This document shows positions 1-6,054 of a stretch of DNA of 12,184 nucleotides, piece after piece. Origin of the DNA: an uncultured bacterium (GTDB taxonomy: Bacteria > JAJVIF01 > JAPKYR01); the NCBI GenBank assembly GCA_965369865.1, contig CBDURU010000108.1:1-12184 (forward strand). The letters run 5' to 3'. The notes under the pieces are model-generated. The model had not been told where the DNA came from and did not search any database. It was given only the letters and a program-made list of their open reading frames with translations. The translations under genes were made by a program, and so were the position numbers. How positions within the stretch are numbered: position 1 is the stretch's first letter; every line of letters starts with the position of its first letter.

Positions 1-55
1 ATTGAGAAAGTTGTTACAGCCCCCCCCTATAATCCCCCCCGTGGGGGGATGGTGT
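1..55. repeat. 55-bp direct repeat, copy 1 (REP-like C/G-tract hairpin element); may extend beyond the left window edge
   Basis: ATTGAGAAAGTTGTTACAG-C8-TATAAT-C7-GT-G6-ATGGTGT is identical base for base to 119..173. It contains the palindrome ATCCCCCC-cgt-GGGGGGAT (32..50). Confidence 0.95.
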
Positions 56-118
56 GGAGGAAAATTCTGCGCGATGCGGATATCGAAGTCGATTGAGAAC
101 TGGGGTGCCGAGAAAGAT

Positions 119-173
119 ATTGAGAAAGTTGTTACAGCCCCCCCCTATAATCCCCCCCGTGGGGGGATGGTGT
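119..173. repeat. 55-bp direct repeat, copy 2
   Basis: Exact copy of 1..55, period 118 bp, with a 63-bp unique spacer (56..118). Confidence 0.95.
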
Positions 174-233
174 TAGGGTAGATTGCACATTACAGAGCCA
201 TGCGAGTACCTGCACAAAATATAGTATACACAT

Positions 234-290
234 CAGAGGCACGACCGTGAGGGAGTGCAAAACAGAGGCCCGCGCGTAAGCAAGGGCACA
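234..290 (+). other. Tandem pair of CAGAG-led GNRA hairpins; candidate structured RNA or leader element
   Basis: CAGAG-GCAC-GA-CC-GTGA-GG-GA-GTGC (234..258) and CAGAG-GCCC-GC-GC-GTAA-GC-AA-GGGC (263..287) share a 4-bp stem, 2x2 internal loop, 2-bp stem and GNRA loop, with compensatory changes. A TATAGT -10-like hexamer lies at 220..225. Confidence 0.5.
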
Positions 291-309
291 TAAATACCGG
301 ATAACACCC

Positions 310-1077
310 ATGCCTATAATAGATAATAAACCCGAAGACGTATTCTCCCGGCACTTTATCCTCCCCCAGATCGGACGGGACGGTCAGGCAGTTCTGCTCA
401 GGTCACATGTCGCGATAGTCGGGATGGGGGCGGTTGGAAGCCGTACAGCGGAATTTCTCTGCCGTACAGGTATTGGACGAATAACGATCATAGATTTCGA
501 TGTTGTCGAGTTCTCAAATCTCTCACGCCAGACCCTCTATACATGGCATGAAGCGGTTAAACAGGTACCGAAAGTCGAAGCCGCCCGGCGTCATCTCAAC
601 GAGATTATCCCGACATGCCAGGTATTTCCGGTTAATGAAAAACTGACTGAAGATAATATTGATCGAATTTTAAAAAGTGCCGATGTGGTCACCGACGGCA
701 CAGACAACATCGAAGCACGTTATTTGATAAATGACTACTGCCGAAAAGTCGGGAAACCATGGGTATATGCCGGTGCGGTCGCCACGAAATCCGCTGTTTT
801 TCCGGTCCTGCCTGGTGGCGCGTGTCTCAGATGCGCATTTCCCGAACCGCCCCCGAAATCCGCACTGCCGGTCGCGGCCGATGCCGGGATCATGGCAGCG
901 TCAACATCGGTATCCGGCGCGCGTGCATCGACACTGGTCCTGAGAATCCTTTTAGGCGACACACCCGAACAGGTCTGGGAGACATGGGATATCTGGGAGG
1001 GGACGGTTTCCACAATGACAATCGAGGATCTGAAAAAAGCGAGCGGCGGTCAAAAATGCCCGTTATGCGATGCCTGA
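310..1077 (+). CDS. ThiF/MoeB/HesA family (E1-like) adenylyltransferase
   Basis: FSRHFILPQIGRDGQAVL N-terminus, GMGAVG nucleotide-binding loop, DFDVVEFSNLSRQ, DGTDN, and two Zn-binding CxxC motifs (CLRC, CPLC). 255 aa with no rhodanese extension. ThiF versus MoeB cannot be resolved by eye. Confidence 0.92.
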   Translation: MPIIDNKPEDVFSRHFILPQIGRDGQAVLLRSHVAIVGMGAVGSRTAEFLCRTGIGRITIIDFDVVEFSNLSRQTLYTWHEAVKQVPKVEAARRHLNEIIPTCQVFPVNEKLTEDNIDRILKSADVVTDGTDNIEARYLINDYCRKVGKPWVYAGAVATKSAVFPVLPGGACLRCAFPEPPPKSALPVAADAGIMAASTSVSGARASTLVLRILLGDTPEQVWETWDIWEGTVSTMTIEDLKKASGGQKCPLCDA

Positions 1078-1090
1078 TCTCATATGGCTA

Positions 1091-1119
1091 TTGAACTTTT
1101 ACCCCCCTGCGAATACTAT
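1091..1119 (+). promoter_or_regulatory. Putative sigma70-type promoter for thiL-tsaE-tsaB-rimI-tsaD
   Basis: TTGAAC (1091..1096), 17-bp spacer, TACTAT (1114..1119), in the 53-bp gap between the ThiF-family gene and thiL. Confidence 0.6.
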
Positions 1120-1130
1120 TCATAGCTGTT

Positions 1131-2168
1131 ATGGTAACCCGAGAAAATAAACCGGCATCCGAAGCTGAACTGATCGCTCTATTCAAATCCCTGTTCGAGC
1201 CTGGGGAGATGCCGTCGGACCTGATCATCGGTATTGGCGACGACGCCGCTGTTATCGAACCCGGTGTCGACATGGAAATGAAAACGATCATCACCACCGA
1301 CATGCTGGTTGAGGATGTCCATTTCCGGAGGAATTTCCACAGCTTTTTCGATATCGGATGGAGAACAGCGGTCGCAAGTATAAGCGACATCGCCGCGATG
1401 GGTGGGATTCCGAGATGGGGAGTTGTATCGCTTGCAGCTACATCGGATATGACCGTCGATGACATAATGGAAATAGCACGAGGGTTGAAAGAGGCAATGT
1501 CCGATCATGGAGCGTTCGTAATCGGTGGCGACCTTACAAGCTCGACGTCAAAGGTGTCAATTTCAATGACTGTAATAGGTGAATCAACAAGTATGATCAC
1601 TACCCGAACGGGTGCGCAGCTTGGAGATGTCATAGCTGTGACAGGTTTATTAGGCTGGAGCGGAGCGGGACTTGCAATTCTGGAGAATGAGGATTCTGTA
1701 GTGCCCGATGATTTGAGGGAACTTATCATCATCAAACATAAAAAACCGGTTCCAAGAGTCAGAGCGGGAAACGTGTTTTCGAATTTAGCCGGGATACATG
1801 CTGTGATTGACATTTCCGATGGTCTTGGAATCGATCTTTCCCGGTTATGCAGGGCAGGCTCGGTAGGATGCAGGATTTTCGAGGAGAGGATTCCGGTTCC
1901 AGATGAGGTATTGAAAGTTGCTGAAATTCTGGGTCGCGACCATCTTGAATTCGCGACAGCCGGAGAAGATTTTGAATTGCTAGTGGTGGGCGACGAAAGC
2001 GCTATCGACACTGCCGACCAGGCAATCAGGGAATCGGATAATGAGTCCGGATTGTCAAAGATCGGTGAAATAATAGATGAACCGTTCGGGATGCACCTTG
2101 CCAGGGTTGACGGCAGCGTACTGAATCCCGCAATGCTTGGATGGGACCATTTCAGGAAGGGGAAATAA
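1131..2168 (+). CDS. thiL: Thiamine-monophosphate kinase
   Basis: GIGDDAAVI, TTDMLVEDVHF, SDIAAMGG, IGGDLT, IDISDGL, GEDFELL and the C-terminal GWDHF signature. Confidence 0.96.
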   Translation: MVTRENKPASEAELIALFKSLFEPGEMPSDLIIGIGDDAAVIEPGVDMEMKTIITTDMLVEDVHFRRNFHSFFDIGWRTAVASISDIAAMGGIPRWGVVSLAATSDMTVDDIMEIARGLKEAMSDHGAFVIGGDLTSSTSKVSISMTVIGESTSMITTRTGAQLGDVIAVTGLLGWSGAGLAILENEDSVVPDDLRELIIIKHKKPVPRVRAGNVFSNLAGIHAVIDISDGLGIDLSRLCRAGSVGCRIFEERIPVPDEVLKVAEILGRDHLEFATAGEDFELLVVGDESAIDTADQAIRESDNESGLSKIGEIIDEPFGMHLARVDGSVLNPAMLGWDHFRKGK

Positions 2169-2172
2169 CAGG

Positions 2173-2607
2173 TTGGTTTGCAGTAACAAAATAATAAGCC
2201 AGTCAGAGGACGTCACCCTTGAGCTTGGTAACTCAATCGGAAGTACATTAAAGGGTGGGGAATTAATCAGCCTGACAGGACCGCTTGGGACGGGAAAAAG
2301 CGTGCTCGCACGTGGAATCGCAAGAGGGCTTGATATTCCTGGAACCGTGAGAAGCCCGAGTTTCAATCTGATGAGAGAATATTCCGGACGGCTTATCCTC
2401 AGGCATTGGGACCTTTACCGTCTCGAGGGGGGATATGAATCGCTTGGACTTCTTGAATCGGTGGGTGATAATGCAGTAGTGGTTGTGGAATGGGCTGAGA
2501 GATGGGCCAGGCTCGATTCGGTTTGCACCATTAGGCTGAATTTTGACTATGGAGAAAAAGAGACGGATCGAATCATAAGTTGGGATGGACAAATCCCCGG
2601 ATTATAA
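2173..2607 (+). CDS. tsaE: tRNA threonylcarbamoyladenosine biosynthesis ATPase TsaE (YjeE/YdiB)
   Basis: Walker A GPLGTGKS, VRSPSF, HWDLYRL, VVEWAE. Start placed at TTG 2173 (after the thiL stop, purine-rich GGAAGGGGA upstream) rather than the ORF-track start at 2137; exact start uncertain. Confidence 0.93.
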   Translation: MVCSNKIISQSEDVTLELGNSIGSTLKGGELISLTGPLGTGKSVLARGIARGLDIPGTVRSPSFNLMREYSGRLILRHWDLYRLEGGYESLGLLESVGDNAVVVVEWAERWARLDSVCTIRLNFDYGEKETDRIISWDGQIPGL

Positions 2608-3297
2608 ATGTATCTCGCGATCGACACATCTACTCGTAAGGCTCTTATCGCCCTGATGGACGAGGATGAGTTTATTGTCCGGAGTTTCGAGCATCAAGCG
2701 ACTCAGAAAGTTATTTTTTCCGAGCTTGCGAATATTTTGGATCCTGAAACCCTTGGTAACCTCGATGGAATAGTGGTTGGTATTGGACCGGGTTCATTCA
2801 CCGGGCTTAAGATCGGAGTAATTGCGGCAAAAACACTCGCCTGGTCGAGAGGTCTTCCTCTTTTGGGAATCTCAAGCCTGGATGCTGTCTCGGCCGGCAT
2901 AAAAATTCCGAAAAATTCTCAAACCGTGCTCGTTGTCGCGGTACGATCGACGAAGGGTGAAGTTTATTTAAGGACCTACTCAATCGAAGATAATGACTGG
3001 GTACCGGACGGTCCGATTCATGATGTACCGCTGAATTCCGATCGTCTTCAACAAATCCTCCCTGATAGCCTGCTGCTTGTTTCAGGTGAAGCTGGGGAAT
3101 CACTTGCAGAAATATTGAAAGAATATCGGGAGATGGTGCTTCTCGAAGAAGATAAAAGATATCCAATGGCGGATGGTTTTTATAAACTATCCAGACCGCG
3201 TTTTGGGTCGGGGGATATGGATGATCCCAGGGAGCTTGTACCGGAATATATACGTCTCAGCCAGCCTGAAAGGTTATTGAAAAATAAATCAAAATAA
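2608..3297 (+). CDS. tsaB: tRNA threonylcarbamoyladenosine biosynthesis protein TsaB (YeaZ/YdiC)
   Basis: LAIDTST N-terminus, GIGPGSFTGLKIG, GISSLD, C-terminal LVPEYIR. The ATG abuts the tsaE TAA. Confidence 0.95.
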   Translation: MYLAIDTSTRKALIALMDEDEFIVRSFEHQATQKVIFSELANILDPETLGNLDGIVVGIGPGSFTGLKIGVIAAKTLAWSRGLPLLGISSLDAVSAGIKIPKNSQTVLVVAVRSTKGEVYLRTYSIEDNDWVPDGPIHDVPLNSDRLQQILPDSLLLVSGEAGESLAEILKEYREMVLLEEDKRYPMADGFYKLSRPRFGSGDMDDPRELVPEYIRLSQPERLLKNKSK

Positions 3298-3299
3298 TT

Positions 3300-3809
3300 A
3301 TGAAAGATAAACGTGATTTCTGGCCCGATCCAACAGAATCATCACCAGTACAGGGTGTTGAGCTTCAGCCCATGAGCCTTGATCATCTCGATGAGGTGGT
3401 CCGGATCGAAAAGGATATGTTCCCGATCCCGTGGACTCGCGAGGCTTTCGAATATGATTTGTCAAGTAACCAGCTTGCACATTACTTTGCGTTAAAGAAG
3501 GATGATGAAATTATCGGTTACTCGGGCATATGGCTGTTCGGGAATATTGCACACCTTACAACGATCTGTATAACAAGGGAATTTCTTGGAACGGGACTTG
3601 GTAAATGGCTCCTCCTGACAACCATGAAACTTGGTGAAGGAATGGGCGTCGCAAGGTATACGCTCGAAGTAAGGGAGTCCAATAGTGCCGCAATAAAGCT
3701 CTATGAAAGCTGCGGGTACCGTAAGGTGGGAGTTCGGGAAAATTACTACCATGAAATAGGCGAGGACGCTATGGTCATGTGGACCGGCGGCCCTCCATAT
3801 GATGGATAA
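3300..3809 (+). CDS. rimI: Ribosomal protein S18-alanine N-acetyltransferase (GNAT)
   Basis: IEKDMFPIPW, TLEVRESNSAAIKLYESCGY, RENYY...EDAMVM; canonical position between tsaB and tsaD. Confidence 0.93.
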   Translation: MKDKRDFWPDPTESSPVQGVELQPMSLDHLDEVVRIEKDMFPIPWTREAFEYDLSSNQLAHYFALKKDDEIIGYSGIWLFGNIAHLTTICITREFLGTGLGKWLLLTTMKLGEGMGVARYTLEVRESNSAAIKLYESCGYRKVGVRENYYHEIGEDAMVMWTGGPPYDG

Positions 3810-4829
3810 ATGCTGATTCTGGGAATAGATACATCCTGTGATGATACATCGGTTGCAATCTACGATTCGCACCGGCATGAACTCCTGTCCGAGAAAATCT
3901 CATCCGACCAGGAGCTTCATTCAAAATTCGGTGGAGTAGTGCCGGAGATCGCCGCCCGGCAGCACCTCGAAGTAATCATCCCGATGCTCGAACTCGCGTT
4001 CGATGAAGCGGGAATTGCCCCTGACCCTGAAACCATCAATCTCATCGCGGCAACACGCGGTCCTGGACTGATCGGCGGGCTTCTTGTGGGCCTCGGATGC
4101 GCGAAAGCGTTGTCTTTAGGATGGAACGTGCCATTTGTGGGCGTGAATCACCTGGAAGGACATCTTGCCAGTGCCGAACTTACTCATCCCCAAATCCCAT
4201 ACCCGCATATCGCGCTTGTCGTAAGCGGTGGTCATTCGGAAATTTATAAAGCGAATTCAGTAACCGATTATGTTCTACTTGGCGAAACACGCGACGATGC
4301 CGCCGGGGAACTTCTCGACAAGGTCGGAAGGCTCCTCGACGTTCCATTTCCAGCAGGACCGACAATCGATAAGTGGACTCTTGACCATGTTAAGGATGAA
4401 TTACCTGTCAAGTTTCCCAGGCCTCTCTTAAATAAAAAGGATACAGTTGAATTTAGTTACTCGGGGTTGAAAACCGCGTGCCTTTACTTTTTAAGATCGG
4501 AGAAATCGAAAAATATCAACCGTGAGATAATCGGCGCGGAGGTTTTCAGGGCAGTGGTTGATTGCCTTCTCGGAAAAGCATTTCTGGCATGTGAGAATGA
4601 AAATCTCGAAACGCTGATTATTTCGGGCGGGGTGGCGTCCAGTGAATATTTAAGGCGGGAAGCTGAAGACAGGTCGAAATCATTTGGAATTAATATTATG
4701 TTTCCCGACCCAAAACACTGTACGGACAATGCCGCAATGATTGCACTCGCGGGACTGAGGAGATTTGAGAACAAAGGACCCGACGAGTTCGATCTCGACT
4801 GCGATTCATCGATCGCTGTCGGTGAATAA
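3810..4829 (+). CDS. tsaD: tRNA N6-adenosine threonylcarbamoyltransferase TsaD (YgjD/Gcp)
   Basis: ILGIDTSCDDT, GGVVPEIAARQH, GPGL, metal-binding HLEGH, SGGH, DDAAGE..DK, FSYSGLKT, CTDNAAMIA. The ATG abuts the rimI TAA. Confidence 0.97.
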   Translation: MLILGIDTSCDDTSVAIYDSHRHELLSEKISSDQELHSKFGGVVPEIAARQHLEVIIPMLELAFDEAGIAPDPETINLIAATRGPGLIGGLLVGLGCAKALSLGWNVPFVGVNHLEGHLASAELTHPQIPYPHIALVVSGGHSEIYKANSVTDYVLLGETRDDAAGELLDKVGRLLDVPFPAGPTIDKWTLDHVKDELPVKFPRPLLNKKDTVEFSYSGLKTACLYFLRSEKSKNINREIIGAEVFRAVVDCLLGKAFLACENENLETLIISGGVASSEYLRREAEDRSKSFGINIMFPDPKHCTDNAAMIALAGLRRFENKGPDEFDLDCDSSIAVGE

Positions 4830-4842
4830 TTTACAGGACAAT

Positions 4843-5325
4843 ATGTGGAAATTCCTTAAAATCACTGTTCTGTTAATATTTCTTATCATGCTGCCACTGG
4901 TCATGTCGGGATGCAGTATCGGCTCTGCAGGCGTTGTGGTTGGGCCGTTTTCGTACGGCACCGATGATTCCTCAGGACATCCATCAAATTATCCTCACGG
5001 ATCACTGAGCGTTGAAATTACCTACCCCCAGCAAGGGGAAGTATTTTTCTGGGACAGCAGAATAGTAGTGACCGGGGTTATCTGGCGGCAGGGTATGGAT
5101 GTCGACGAATACCCCTGGACCGGGCCATACTGGCATGTCGATTTTGGAAAAATCGGTGAAAATTATTATTTTTTCAACAAGACCTACAATAAATTGTGGG
5201 TGGAGTTCATTCTTGATGGAAAAATCATGGGTCCCGGCATGCATAGAATTACTTTGAGGGCCTGGGATAACCGGGATGGCGGCACGTACCAGGTTGAAGA
5301 TGCGATCAATATAGTTCTGGACTGA
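4843..5325 (+). CDS. Hypothetical lipoprotein, probable Ig-like beta-sandwich domain
   Basis: Start at ATG 4843 with AGGA upstream. MWKFLK, a hydrophobic stretch and an MSG-C lipobox. SVEITYPQQGE...GMHRITLRAWD...AINIV resembles the bacterial Ig-like domain pattern. 160 aa. Confidence 0.75.
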   Translation: MWKFLKITVLLIFLIMLPLVMSGCSIGSAGVVVGPFSYGTDDSSGHPSNYPHGSLSVEITYPQQGEVFFWDSRIVVTGVIWRQGMDVDEYPWTGPYWHVDFGKIGENYYFFNKTYNKLWVEFILDGKIMGPGMHRITLRAWDNRDGGTYQVEDAINIVLD

Positions 5326-5329
5326 TGTC

Positions 5330-5932
5330 TCAATCCTTCAGCTCGGTAATCACACCGCCCTGCGCAAGGATATCACCGACATTTACTGTCGGGGATTCAA
5401 AGAAAACCACTTCCTGATCCTCCGAAGCTATCATAACCTCCACATGGTATACCATGCTGAATGCGTCCGATGGCGGTGTCACGTAAAACTGCCTGGTATT
5501 CTCATTTACTGCTGCCCAGTCTTCGAGACGGCCCATGGCTGCCTCAACGACGTCAAAAAGCACTGGGAAACCACCCTCTGAAACGTAACCACTGTCAGGG
5601 TTGTATGGATCTACAAGCAGGTAAGTCTTTTCACCTGTCGGGATAAAGGTTTCATAAATGAAATTGATTCCCATGGAGTCTGCGGAAATGGATTCAGTAT
5701 TTTCCACCACTACTCTAAACAGCAGTGCTTCAGGAGTAAGTCCGCCTGCTGGAGACACCAGAGTTTCCTGAAGCTCGACATGGATTTCCATATTCTGAGG
5801 TATAGCCGGTGCTGCCGGGGTCGGATCCACGGGCACCGGTACCGGTTCCGGTTGATCGCAAGATATGAGCACCATCAGGGTCGAAACCAGGAAAATTATG
5901 ACTGCAATCTGGGTGAAGTTTGAAATTTTCAT
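5330..5932 (-). CDS. Hypothetical lipoprotein with a Pro-rich N-terminal tether
   Basis: Start at ATG 5932 with TAAGGA upstream. MKISNF, a hydrophobic stretch and an LIS-C lipobox, then DQPEPVPVPVDPTPAAPAIP and an acidic beta-rich domain. 200 aa; no family recognised. Confidence 0.8.
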   Translation of the reverse strand: MKISNFTQIAVIIFLVSTLMVLISCDQPEPVPVPVDPTPAAPAIPQNMEIHVELQETLVSPAGGLTPEALLFRVVVENTESISADSMGINFIYETFIPTGEKTYLLVDPYNPDSGYVSEGGFPVLFDVVEAAMGRLEDWAAVNENTRQFYVTPPSDAFSMVYHVEVMIASEDQEVVFFESPTVNVGDILAQGGVITELKD

Positions 5933-6016
5933 TGTTTTTTCCTTATTACCGGGATTTTTAAAGTCTACTTCCCCTTTCCCTGAAAGTCCAGAAGTCCGGA
6001 AACAGCGATCAGGCAT

Positions 6017-6045
6017 TCGACATACGTTTCCCGACTGCTTAATAT
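6017..6045 (+). promoter_or_regulatory. Putative sigma70-type promoter for the 6055 gene
   Basis: TCGACA (6017..6022), 17-bp spacer, TAATAT (6040..6045). Confidence 0.5.
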
Positions 6046-6054
6046 ATACGTATC

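Noticed and set aside
1..173. CRISPR array
   Set aside because: Only two repeats are visible, the 55-bp repeat and 63-bp spacer are atypically long, the repeat is dominated by homopolymers, and no cas genes are in the window. Kept as an unclassified repeat.
119..180. Integron attC site (GTTAGGG at 172..178)
   Set aside because: There is no complementary RYYYAAC R'' box, the GTT is absent from copy 1, and no integrase or cassette structure is present.
236..290. c-di-GMP-I or guanidine-II riboswitch
   Set aside because: GGCAC...GNRA...GCAAAAC resembles the c-di-GMP-I P2 region, but I found no tetraloop receptor or P1 closure. Guanidine-II needs ACGR loops, whereas these loops are GUGA and GUAA.
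98..309. TPP riboswitch upstream of the thiF-like gene and thiL (GGGGTGC at 102..108, TGAGA, CCGGATAA near 297..304)
   Set aside because: The fragments are too far apart and are interrupted by repeat copy 2. The CUGAGA and ACCUGAU core and the P1/P2/P4/P5 pairings cannot be built.
310..1077. Calling the ThiF-family gene tcdA
   Set aside because: It has the MoeB/ThiF N-terminal SR(H/Q)xxLxxIG motif and two Zn CxxC motifs and lacks recognisable TcdA-specific features. Kept only as a hypothesis.
5961..5998. Three AAGTC pentamers in the divergent gap between the 5932 and 6055 genes
   Set aside because: Too short and irregularly spaced to distinguish from chance.
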